This document shows positions 51,446-64,000 of a DNA stretch of 64,000 nucleotides, one piece after another. A program made the translations under genes and the position numbers. Position 1 is the stretch's first letter, and each line of letters begins with the position of its first letter. Source of the stretch: Lama glama (lineage: Eukaryota); the NCBI GenBank assembly GCA_028534125.1, contig CM052816.1:80664001-80728000 (forward strand), read 5' to 3'. Below the pieces are notes generated by a model. The model made no database searches. It worked only from the letters and a program-made list of their open reading frames with translations, and was not told the DNA's origin.

Positions 51446-54400
51446 GTAACATTAAAGTTTTGAAGACCAGATGTTTTAAGGGGAACTCCTTACAAATGAA
51501 CTAGAACTACCATGTTTATGGTGATAGGATACAGAACAAGTCACATATGTAAACCATTTCATCTCTTTATACATACACCAAGATGAAGATGTGATATTTA
51601 ATTCTTGAATTGTCTGGAGAATTCAATTAGTTATCTACTTACTGATGTGGAATTGATCTTCCAAGAAATTACAGAGCTTATTTTTATTATTGTTCCCAGA
51701 GAGAGGTAATTACTCACCTCTTTTTCATTTCTGGTAAAATCTACTTTGCTGGAAAGAGTGAAAAACAGTAAGATTAAACATTTAATTACAAATCAGCAGC
51801 AGAGAAATTTGTCAATTCTTCTATCTATAATGTTGTTTGAAACACATTTGATTTAACCTGTTGTTTTCATAAATTGATCTTGAAATACACTTTAAAATTT
51901 ACAGCCTGATCAGAATTTCCCTTAAAGAATCATGTTATCCAAAGCAAATTAAATTATTAACAGGGCAATACCACTTCCTCCCTTACCAAAAAAAATTCTT
52001 TTTCTGTTTATAACAATAATTCACCCTAGAACTTTTGGAAGATAGATATTATATGAAATTATGTAAAAATACTCATAATCCTACTGCCCATAAATAACAC
52101 CTGTTACCATTTTGGTATATTTCCTTCCAACCCTTATCCATGCATGTATACACCAGTGTGGGTCTACCAATGGGGTCACAGTAAGAATATGAGCCACAAT
52201 TTAACTGGATTATGTCCTCATCTGCATGGTACCATCCTCCAACTGCAGCCTATGAGCTCCACTTCACCCCAGTCATCTCTGGGAGCCCCTGGGGCATCTC
52301 CAATGGGCTCAGATAGTTTCTCATGGGCCGTTCTAGTTCTTTGCTTTCCTCTGCCCTTGCTTCTGTGGTATCCTCAGAATCTGGAAGAATGGCTGGTACA
52401 GAGGCTGCTTAATAAATGCTTATTGAAGTGCTCATTAAATACAAAGTCTCCTTGAGGGTCATGCCCCAACAGTGTCCCAACTGTTGGTGCCCTTCCTGAG
52501 TGTGCTGTCGACCCACTAAGAGTGCAGTCTCCTTGTGCCCCCAAAGTTCTCACAGCACCGGATGGATGCTTCACACAAAGGTGTAAAGCATCTTTACACC
52601 TTTGGGTGTTAGGAAGGCCCCCCTTCCTAACTCTGTGCCACAATTTGTCACCCAGAACATCAAGGCCTTACTGAGCAGGTCCTCATACCTCATGGAGTCC
52701 CTTTAAAAACATTTCCTACAGCTTCTGCCTGTGGTCACCTCTTCACTGGGCTCAGACACAACGTTGGGAGTAATACCTGAAACAGACACAACGATTTCTG
52801 CTCTGGATTTGTGTCCTTATTGCTCCTTTTTAAATTTTTTCACACAAGTGAAATTTGGTTATAAGAATGAAAAGAAATTACACAGTTGGTTTTCAGCCAA
52901 TATGTTTAGAAGGCTTGAACAGTGAGCAAAATCACCTCAATGCCTTAGTGGCCTGTTTTGCCTGAGAAATGTCTGAGAAAGTGGGAGAAAGTTGATACCT
53001 TATTTTCCTTGGTTACCGCTTTGCAGTAGTGATAGTTAAGTGCTATGTTGGAGCTGTACTTGCCTCTCTGTGTGTTTTTTTTTTTTAACCTGAGCTGGAT
53101 CAGCTACCTTCTTCTTCATGTTTCCTTCTAAAATCAATGCCACTCCTTTATCCCAGAATATCTACCCCTTACCGATCTCTCTCGCTTTCTTGCCACATGT
53201 ATGTATGCACACACACCTTAGGAGGGCCACCTCCATCCTTAATGGGCTAAAAAGGTGAGATATGGATGGCTTCTTTCTGTTTTCTCCCAGTAATCTTCCT
53301 GAGAAGCTGACAATATTAGTGTGTTGACTTTCTTCTGCTCTTCCCTGAAGAAGTCTTGTCAATGGATCTTTTTCAGGTTTTGATGAAATTTTTATGTTTT
53401 AGGTCTATCTATCTATCCATCCATCTTTCTATCTATCTATTTATGGTATTGAATTAATTCAACCTTTTTAGACTGTATAAACAGATTCACTTTTCCTGTG
53501 GCTTACATAATCCATTCACAGATGCCAGACTCAACCCTTTGATACAGAAGGAACATTTAGCTTGTGGAAGAGAAAAGGAATCAGGTCTCCATTGATATTC
53601 AAGATCAGATAATAAAGGGAAAGAAGCGATGAAAGTTTCAGTTTCAGAAGTACAATGATTGTTGCTGTTGCTAGCATACTGGTGTGTGAGAATTTTTCGA
53701 GTTCATAATTTGAATCATAAAGATGATGACTTTTAGGCCTGGGCAGCTCCAAGGGTGCTTGAAAACCTGGGGGTGCCTTCCACCTCTAGCAAAGCCCAAG
53801 GGCCCTCTCTGGGCCAGTCGGGTGTTTGCAGTTGAAGACTTAAGAACAAAAGAGGGGACGGTCCCCAGAAAAGAAAGTAATCTGGGATTCTTCAGAATGA
53901 CTTTGAAAACGATCCCAAATCTGATTTTTATTTCTTCCTTGCATGAACTCAATTCCTGGCTCATATCAGATGCTTTCCTGCTGCTCTGTCTCATCTCATG
54001 TCATTCCCAGCTGGGCATCGAGGCCATGGGAAAGATACCATGGCCCTTCCCTGAAGCCACTGGTAATCTGCAAGGCCTGGCCTGAGTCCTTCCTCTTCTT
54101 TGCTGCCTTCTCTAACTATTCCAGCCATTATTGAGTTTCCTTTCACTCTGCTCACCTTCAGCATTCGGAATCTGTCTTGCATGCTTTAGCAGTTAGCTAA
54201 TATTTGGTACTGCCCACATTATTGAGTGGGAATCAAGAGACTTATGTTTTAGCCCACGTTCATTTACTAGGTAGATGTCCTTAAGTCACATTGCCTTTCT
54301 GACTTTTATGGGTCTTTTTTTTTTCCTTTTCATATAAAAAAACAGAGGAGTAGGTAGATCATCTCTAAGATGTCTTTTAATTCTATTACTCCTGCTGCCC

Positions 54401-54749
54401 ACAGAGATTTTAATTGCATGTTAGAACTGTATCAGACACTTTTGTCTTTCTCATGCCTAGCTGAGTGCTGTGTGCAAAGAACTCAGTAAATGAATACTTC
54501 GTGGCTGGTTCAAACCCCTAGAAAGTACAAATATTTAACTTTTTATTCTATCCATCTATGAATAGAGGAATTAATATCAAATATTTACTATTGTGTTTTG
54601 GACTCAGTCTACAATTAGCCCAAGGTTTTCACATACTCTACATCCAGTAGGATTGTAAAATGAGAATTGGTGGTCAAAAAAAAAAAAATGACTCTGAAAC
54701 CCTGTACAATTTTAAGGATCTCTTCCTGCATGACGAAACCTCTCTAGAA

Positions 54750-54943
54750 GCAGTTTTAGTTCCCAGAAGATATATGTAGCAATGACAAGACATTTTTGAT
54801 TGTCAAAGTTAGGGGAATGTTACTGGCATTTAGTGGTTAGGGGCAAGGGGTGCCATTAAACATTCTACAATGTACAGGACAGCCTTTTGCAACAAAGAAT
54901 TTCTTGGTTCAAAGTATCACTAGTGCTGAGGTTGAGAAACCCT
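54750..54943 (+). mobile_element. MER20
   Basis: agacatttttgattgtca...tagtgctgaggttgagaaaccct. Confidence 0.7.
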
Positions 54944-57900
54944 ACTATGTGGTAAGCCTAATGAAGGTAGAGATTATGTCTTACTCATATTTGTTCCCTA
55001 GAGACCAATACTTGTTTCTCACATCCTCCAAAAGCTAACCTAATTCTGTCAATCTGGTTTTAATATTAGGTACATTTGATGGAACTAAAATTGTTTCAAA
55101 ATTGATCATCTATGTGGATCTCTTCTTTTGTATTTTTTAGATGATATGAATATAAAATTAACTAGGACAATCACTAGTCTAACAAATAAGGTTTGGCATC
55201 AGAGCCTTTAACACCATAGGTCTCTGTATATTGAACCTACATAAAGTTATTCATGAATAATAATATAATCCCTTTATAGGGAATTTCCTGAAAGTGATGT
55301 TTCCCCCGAAGTCAAATTCAATTATGGCAAATTAACTGCCTGAATATGAAGCATATTTCTATACCTGAAGATGAAAAAGTAATTACAGTTTTTTTGGTAA
55401 TTGAATTAGTGAGTGAAGAGAGGAGAAACATACGCCCATTTGGTGCTTATTCCTGTAGTGTTAATATTTTCATTTTCTCAACTTTGGCTTTGAGTATAGT
55501 GCTGTTTTTTCTTTTAATGATTTGAGAATTTACATATTCCATTGTTATTGGCCAGTGATGGTGTGGATATTTAGAAGATGCCATTCCTAGACTAATTGAT
55601 CTATTCAATCAAACATGTAGATTGATCTCCTGTGCCAGGTCTCCTGTGGTAAGGGGTGAAGAATGATGAACCTGCTCTTTTGCAGCGTACAGGTCATGAG
55701 AACAGCTAAGACCTATCTGTATACACCTTTAGTATAATAAAGAGCTTACAAAGTCTATAAGACAGATACAAGTCAAGATCCAGTTCAGATGAGGAGAGAT
55801 TATTTCCAATGGAGGGAGTGGTTAGAGGAGGTAAGTCAGAGGGGAAGTTGGGATCCAGAAATAGGATCTTTACAGAGAAGTGAAGTGTTCCTTTGGCCCA
55901 GCAGCCTTTGCTCTCCCTGGCCGATAACAAAACTACCATCTATTGTGTGCGGAACTTCTTAGAGGCTTCAATATTCTGAGTGCACCTCAAGAGAAGGAGA
56001 GGTTATGCAGCACATCTCAAATTTATTAGTACATGTGTCACTTTTATTTATTTGTCAGAATTAGAGTTCCAGAGGGCACCTTCCAGAAAATGCTATTCTA
56101 CTCTAACGGAGCTGAGTGAATGTGGAGGAAGGCAGGCCTTTGGATATCTTTAACAGCACATCTGGGGAAGGAGAAGGGAAGTAGCAAGTCTCACATGACA
56201 GGAATTGTGCTGCATCTTGTACGTAACTAATCTCATGGGACATCACAGAGCCTGAGCCCAAGGAAAGGGTTGATCTGGAGACCAAGGTTGCACAGAGATA
56301 AGCCTCAATTCTCTTGGGTCCGATGTAGGATTGCACGAGTGTTTCATTCTGTTTTCTCCATTACAAACCAGGAATCTTCATATTGACACGCAGACTGGCT
56401 GTATCACTTAGCCTGTTCCTTGTCTGCTTTAAACAGGAACAGTATATGAAGAGCAGGTTTTAGGCCCCTTTTTTGTTTTATTTTTGTTTTTTCCATTTCC
56501 TGATCAGGGATTTAATCTTTGGGATTGCACTTTCTTTTACTTTTGAAATAAAATAACTCCGGTGGTTTTGAAAGAGGTACTGTATGTTTTTTAATTGTAA
56601 ATAATTGTTTCATAATGATATTTGGCCTTGGGGCCCACTTGGAATTGAGGTCCCTAGGTCACAATGTGGAACCCATTCTGACAACATCAAAGCCTCCTCT
56701 TTCCTCTCCAGAAGGCAGAGAGCAGACACACTGGCTTGATCCAACACATACTTTTCTTGCAACCGATGGGTTATTTATTGTTGTTGCACACACTGACAAG
56801 CAATGAGACAAGGCAGGGTCTGGGGAAGCATCTTGCCAGATGACTGCCTCCCCCAGGCATCTGTCAGGGAACGTTATAAAATCACATACTACTAGAGTTA
56901 AAGGGAACTTCGTGACTTAAAAGAAACCATTTCCCCTAGACAAGAAAGAGGGAAACTGAGGCCCGGAAAATTTAAGTGACCTGCCTTAATCAATCAGGCT
57001 ATACAAGCCGATTTGGACTCAGCATCGCACTCCTAACTCAGCATTCATTTTCCTACACCATAGATGATTCATGACCTGGAGTTTATTATACTACACAGTC
57101 TCTATACATGCTTAATTTTTTCACTTTTAGTTTGTTTGAATGAACTTCAGGATTCCCTGCTACCCTTTCCTTAATGCAAGGCTTTGGAGGCTTCTAAGTA
57201 GAACCACTAGATGTTTCTGGCAAAGTCAAGTCTGGATGGAATAGAACATAAACTGATCTGCCACAAGAATTCTGTTTTGCTGAAAACCCACTGAGGTTGA
57301 AAAATGAAAGACAAAACTGCCAGGTAGGAAAATTTTGGGTTTTAGTGAATCCAGAATATTGAGAAAGAGTTGAAGAATTTGGACCAAACTGTTCATTGCT
57401 TGACTTGCTCAGTCCTGCTCAGCACTATAGGAAAGTTTGGTAGAAAACACTGGAAATAGGTTTAGTCTACAAATACCCCAACTGAGATGAAAAGCATTCT
57501 AGTGGCCAGCAGGAAACATTTTTATCTTGAAATCACCTCAAATGTAAGAGTACAACATGGGTGAAGGCAGTGTGCTGACATTGCTTTAAACCAAAGAATT
57601 CCAGCCCTTTCAGGAAGTCCTCCCAGATTGAGCCAGGGCAAAGCTCAGCCAAAACAATTGTGAGCCCATTCTTTTATTCTCAATATATGCACTAAACAAT
57701 TAGCAAATATTACTAAGCACCTACTGTGTGCCAGGCATGAGGGGGTATACAATGCCGTTTAGAGGTGCTCTTTCCTTCAAGCAGGTCAGGTCATCTTTAT
57801 CATGAAATTTCCAGAAGACTTCTGGAAACTATCCTTGACCTGCAGTTCAAAGACACTGGCGAGTGTCCAAGTATATCCTTGACTTGACTTTGTTATGGGA

Positions 57901-58209
57901 GGGAACTTGAACTCACTCCACAGTGAGATTCAGATGTCATCACTCTTGTCTGATGCACTGGGATGGGGGATTGGGTAACGGCCAGGAATCATGGATCCCC
58001 TGAGAGAAAATCATCATGAGTGAAGAAAATGGGTTCAGTGGTTCAGATAAAACCTCATGGTCATGGTCTGGGTGTTGGAGACAGCAGTGGTTCCAGCTTT
58101 GGTTAGAAACTACACCTGACCCAACCAATTGGCCCTCACCTTCCACAGGTACTCATTTCACTCTACTATGTGCTATGCTATTTACGTGCTTTTTTTTTTT
58201 TCTAACTAG

Positions 58210-60745
58210 ACTTTAAGCTTTTTAAAGTTAAGATATGCTTTTAAATAATGACTTTCGTGTTTTCTCTCACTTCAAAGGAAGTACATTTTGATTATCAGAC
58301 ACTTAAAAAATTAAGATAAGCAGAAATGAAAAAACAACCAGTTAATACGTTTATAACTTTATAATAATATATAGAAAGCTAACTTATGTATATAGATATA
58401 CATATACACTTTCTTATACAAACATGTAACAATCACTTAAACAGAAAATAAAATGGACTACAGGTATACTACTTTGTTACCTACCTAAAAGTAACTATAT
58501 ATATGACTTTGTGTCATTAAATATTCAACAGCACCATCATTTTTAAATAGCTTCATAGCAATCCATCTTGTAGATATGCCATGATTTATTTAATTGAGCC
58601 CTTTATAATTGGACATTATTCCCAAGTTTTTGCTGTTATTTTAAAAAATGCAGTAGATACCATTGTGGCTAATTCTTTCCACATATCAAAGGTCTCTCCT
58701 TAAAACAAGTTTTTCGAATAGAATTCATGGGACAAAACGCACAACTGGGTGAAATCTGACAGATGTAACAACCATCATAACCATTCTTTGTTCAGATTAT
58801 AAAAACGTCCTCTTTAATCAAGGCTTTTTACATGGAACAGATTTCTGTCACCTCAGAAAGTTCCTGTGTATCCATTTGCCGTCCATCCTCCCTCCCTGTT
58901 TATTGCCTTCTGTTAACCAATGATTTGCTTTCTTCCACTTACAGTTCTGCCTTTTCTAGAATTTCATATAAATGAGATCACAGTATGTAGCTTTTTTTTT
59001 TTTTGGCCTGACTTCTGTTACCTAGCATGTTTTAGAGATTCATATCCATTTTGTGTGTTAATCTGTAGTCTTTTTATTACTGAGTAGTATTCTGTAGCAG
59101 GATTATATCAAAATATGTTTACTTCATTTTCCATCCGATGTATATCCCCCCCCCCCCAGTTTTTGGCTATTATGAGGAAAGCTGCTATGAATATATGAGC
59201 ACAAGTCTTTGTGTAGGCATACAGTTTCATCTTTCTTGAGTAAAGATTTAGAATCTTAATTGCTGGGTCATATGGTAAATATATGCTTAATTCTTTAAGA
59301 AATCCAAATTTATAAGCATTCCAGTTGGCCCCGCATCCTTGCCAACCTTTAGACATCATCAGTCTTTTTGATTTTAGAAATTCTAGAGTTCTATAGTGTG
59401 AGTGGTAGCATTCAATTATGATTTTAATTTACACTTCCCTGATGACTAACGATGTTGAGAATCTTTTGGCATCCATGTGTCTCCTTTGCTGAAGTGTCTG
59501 TTCAAAATCTTTGCTCTTTTTGTTGTTGTTGTTGTTTTTAGTGAGCTGTAAGGATTTTAAAAAATGTTTTTAGGATAAAAGTCCCTCATTGGATGTATGT
59601 TTTATAAATATTTTCATATAATAGCCTGTGGCTTGCCTTCTCATTTTCATAACAGTGTCTTTGAAAGAGCAAAAGTTTTAAATTTTGATGAAATTTGTAT
59701 TTTCAGTTTTTAAATACTTCATGCTTTTTGTATCCAATTTAAGAAACCTTTGCCTAACCAAAGTCACTAAGATTTTTTTCTTATAAATTTTTCTGGAAAT
59801 TTTATAGTTTTAGCTCTTACTTAAACTATATTTGGTTCTGTGATCCATTTCAAGTTAATTATTATATATTGGAGAATGTAACTGTTAGATGTTTCTTTTT
59901 TCTTTTCTGATAATCAATTCTTTGAGCATGACTTGTTGAAAAGATTTCCTTTTCCTCACTGAATTGCTTTGAAACATTGTTGAAAGTCAATTGGAGAGTA
60001 TATATATATATACACATACATATATACATATATATGTGTACATATATATGTATATATATTACACTTTATAAAATAAATATATCTATTTATAGAATATAAT
60101 TTAATTCTGTTTCTTCGATCTATATGTTTAACTTTATGCCAGTACCATTCTTTCTTGTGTACTGTAGCATTATAGTAAGACCTGTAATTAACTTTGTTCT
60201 GTTCTTCAAAATTATTTTGGCTATTTTAGTTCCTTTGCATTTCTATATACATTTGAGGATCAGCTTGTCCATATCTAAAAGGTGACTGCTGGGGTTTGCG
60301 ATTGGGATTTCATTGAATCTGTAACTTATTTTTGAGAGAATTGATATCTTAACAATATTGAGTTATTGGGTATTCAGATCCACGAGCATGGTGTATATCT
60401 CAATTTCTTTATGTTTTTAAAATTTTCTTAGCAATGTTTTATAGTTTTCTGTGTGCAGGCCATGGCTTATATTTTAAGTTTATATCAAGAATTTTGTGAT
60501 TTTGATGTTATTGTAAATGATAATTTTAAAAAATTTCCCCACTTATAATTGTGCTAGTTGATAAAAATACAGTTGATTTTTAAAATACTGATCTTGTATG
60601 CAGCTAACTTGCTAAACTCATATACAGGTCCAATTCCTTTTAGGTAGATTCCTTAGGATTTTCTACAATCGTGTCATCTTAAAAAAAAAAAGACAGTTTT
60701 ATGTTTCCTTTCAAATCTGTACACTTTTATTTCTTTTTCTTCCTG
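58210..60745 (-). mobile_element. Old L1 (L1MB/MC/ME-type) ORF2-3'UTR fragments; (TA/CA)n microsatellite at ~59999-60060
   Basis: T-rich + strand with typical L1 motifs (ccctgatgactaacgatgttgag, ttgcctaaccaaagtcac, gggatttcattgaatctgta). Confidence 0.8.
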
Positions 60746-63544
60746 GGAAAGAATAGGGCAGGTACTCAAGCTTGTGTGGAATGGTTTAAGTGAAAGGAGA
60801 GACAAGTAACTTTGATTTTTACTGAGATTAGGGGAGTATGGCTAGGATAAGTGTTACCTCTGGTCAACATTTGTATAGTTTGACTATTTTGTTGATGTCA
60901 AGGGTGAGAGTGTGTGCGCCTTCTTATGGCTCTCTCAGATGTGGAGCAAAAATAGGAAGTAGGAGGGGTAGAACTTCAAAGTTGTCAGAGGTCAAACATC
61001 AGAAATGGAGGTTCTTAATTATAATTTGACTTGCTAAAATGATTTCAAAGAAATTAACTATTAGCAACCGGAATTTCAAATTTGGTAGTCTATAAACAAG
61101 ATGACTACATTGGTTTGTAGTTTTAATTTCATCTAGATGAACTGTAGGACCTTTAAGGAATTTAATAACATGGACAACCAGAGAATAATATTGCCAGCAG
61201 TGTACTATCAGCTGTAAGCTCTACCCTACCATCTAAAGAAACTTCCCCTGCTTAGTCATCTTGTCACCTGGCTTTATTTTAAAAGGTGAGTTTAATCCCA
61301 GACCATTGTTTTTTGGGTCATCAATTTTTATCTTTTTATCAGACCAACTCCATCACTTAATGACTGATTGGAGACTCTAGTAATTTTTTTCATATTTTCG
61401 TGCAGACTAGAAAGATTGGTATCAGAGCTGACTTTACCCATCTCTGATTGAATCATATATAACTCGATTTTCTGCTGTTGTTAATAATACTGCAACTCCT
61501 CTCTTCTTCCCTGTCTCTTAAATTTAGAGAGCTCAGCACTTAGGGCAACTCCAGTCACTCCACATTTGAAACTAACTCATCACTTGCATTCTTGAACTTC
61601 CTCCAACCAAATTACTAAAAGAATGTATTCCTGAAGAGACTGATTTTTGTCTTTTTCTCATGACAGGTGTTAGGACCATGACAATTATGACTCACTGGGA
61701 AAAAAAAAAATCCTAAATCAATTCCTTCCCATAACCTAGGCACTCGGGCTGTCTGAGGTTTGCCATATTTATTAACGCAGGAAGGAGATCTTGTTTTCTT
61801 AGTTACAGCTCATTTAATGACAGTCCCTCTGCAGGCTGTCTGTGTGTGTGACCTGCCTAGGGAATGCTGGAGATTTGATACCTTGGTTTAGATTCTTCCT
61901 GGTTGCTAAGGGCAAAAGAGACCATGTGTCCCTCCAGGAGTTCAGTTACCCTGCAGAGCAGCACAGCTGGACCTGCATTCAAGATGGTATTTTTTCCATT
62001 AGTGGGGAGGTCAGCAATTCCTGACCAGAGGGCAGATAACACTAAAATTGTGAATACCTCAAATTTCTCTGTGCTCCCCTGATAAGTTATTTTGGAACAA
62101 CATGTCTTTAAGAAGTTGGAATCTCACTGGGGAGATAAAATTGGTAAGTGACTAACCACGAGAGAAGTCCTCAGTGTGAATCAAGAATCCTTAGAGGAAA
62201 TTAAAAAAAAAAAAAAGAATCCTTAGAGGAAAAGTAAAAAAATATAGAATATAAAACGACTAAATAATAATAAAACATTTCACTGACACATGCCAGATAT
62301 AATGCAAGTACTGTCACATCCTACAAAATAATTATTTCAATAATAATAATATTTGCTATATGCCAGGATGTACCAAGTGCTTTAGGCAACTTCATCACAG
62401 TTCAAGGTAGGTGCTAGTACCATCTCTAATTTTAGGTGAGGAAACTGAGAATCAGATGGAGTAAACAACCTGCCCAAGGTTCTATTGCTGATGAGGGGCA
62501 TAGCTGGGATTCTGATTATCAAAATTATATTTTCCTTCTCTTCTATGTGATTATTCTATGGACAAATGACTATAGGAGTTTGAACTGGGATGATAATCAT
62601 AGAAAACCTCAAAGAAGAGGCCAAATGAGATGGCCTTGAAGTACCAGTTGGAATTTGAATGGTGGAAATAGTAGAGAGAGAAGGCACCTGGCATTGTAGG
62701 TAAAAGATTCAACGACAACGGCCCTATGAGCATGGTTTTCTCTTTTATCTTGGGCGCATCTCCCCAGCGCCCCCTGCCTGTTTGCACATCTCATACAGGT
62801 GTGTGAGCTGTTGTGTGATGTTCTGACATGGCTGTTTTGTTAAGGCCATTCTGCTATGACTAGGTAATGGAGTCCCCTTCTAAAGGTGAGTGGGTCTTTG
62901 AGAACGCCATCTGTGGAAGGGATCACTCTTTTGACAGGACACTGATTCTCCTGATTTTTGAGAGGCAGCTCTGAGGCAGGGAGACAGCACCTGCTTCTTT
63001 TAAGTCTGCCTCATTGTGAGTCTGGACTTTGATATGGATTTGAGGGCCTTACCGAGCGGTGGGGAAAAATTTTTGCTTTTATCTAGAGTCAGAGGGGGCA
63101 CACCAAGAGACACTCCCATGGGAGATATTTAGGAAAATAGGGCTGGAGATATTCTGGAAGATAGATTACCTTGCTTCATATTACTCTATTTTCCTTTAGT
63201 GCTCTGAGAACCTTCAGCAAAGGTTTTATTTGAATGCTTGAACTTGATCTTGGCTATGCTATGCCATTTGAGTCAAAAAACAGTAATGCCCCCTGAGGTC
63301 AGAGTGATGGGGGTAGCAGTAATTCACTCTCTCTCCCCACCTCCCTTCTCTCTCTCTCTCTCATTTCCACTCTTACTTTCTTGCTCTCCATGTACTGCTA
63401 AATTATTTTGGGGTGCAGACTATGTGCCAAGTCCTTAAGTTAAGGACTTAATGCATGCTGTCTCAATGCTCATGCCCATCCTTGAAGTAAGTACCTTTAT
63501 TCCTCCGGTTGACGGTTGAGGGTTACAGAACTGGTAAGTGGTAG

Positions 63545-63985
63545 TTTCAGTTACCTGTTGCCGCAGTAATATTACATAATAAACAACCATGAAACCTCAG
63601 TGACATACAGTGGTAAACACCTGTTTGCACATGAGTCTGTGGGGTAAAGCTAATCTAATCTGGACCTGGCTTATTCTAGCTGGTCTCACTCTTGTGGCCG
63701 GCTCTGGGTTGGCTGTGGCTCTGTACTCTTGGCTAGGCTTGCTCACATGTCTGGGGTTTAGCTGGTTATTGGCTGATTGAGGATGACCTCTCCTGGGATG
63801 ACTGGCAGTTTTCTTTGTTCCACTTCTTGTTCATCCTACAGCATGCTAGCCTAGGCATGTTCATCTCACGGCATGGCAGAGGGCAGGAGCAACAAGCAGA
63901 AGCATGTAAGTGGTCTTGAAATCTCTACATATGTCATGTCTACTAACATCATACTGGGCAAAGCAAGTCACATGACCAGAGTTGT
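63545..63985 (-). mobile_element. Old MLT1-family MaLR LTR
   Basis: tcagttacctgttgccgcagtaat...ggcaaagcaagtcacatgacc typical MLT1 reverse. Confidence 0.65.
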
Positions 63986-64000
63986 AGGGCCTGGACAGGT

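Noticed and set aside
1..64000. CRISPR arrays, prokaryotic defence systems, rRNA, intronic snoRNA or miRNA genes
   Set aside because: Mammalian DNA with no repeat-spacer arrays; no convincing C/D, H/ACA or pre-miRNA structure recognised by eye, though an Rfam/Infernal scan would be needed to exclude them

Overview
Mammalian genomic DNA, very probably from a camelid, judging by three Vic-1-like tRNA-derived SINEs. It carries one complete protein-coding gene on the minus strand: cytoplasmic threonyl-tRNA synthetase TARS1, with 19 GT-AG-bounded coding exons from 32026 down to 12173 (2130 nt, 709 aa from the first ATG). A CpG-island promoter at ~31.8-32.8 kb has two ATF4-type CARE sites. The rest is intergenic or intronic sequence rich in old repeats (ERV1/ERVL/MaLR LTRs, L1, L2, MIR, Tigger, MER20/45/58/63), plus a 500-N assembly gap. 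Repeat family names come from recalled consensus similarity, not from a search. I see no convincing novel multi-gene system. The best leads are: the canonical TARS1 start codon reads GTG here and a Lys-Lys pair is missing from exon 2; a compact ISRE + 2xGAS + kB motif cluster lies ~15.6 kb upstream of TARS1; a cluster of overlapping inverted repeats sits at ~52.5 kb; intron 2 has a candidate L2-derived poison exon; and an unidentified decayed coding-like segment lies at ~36 kb.
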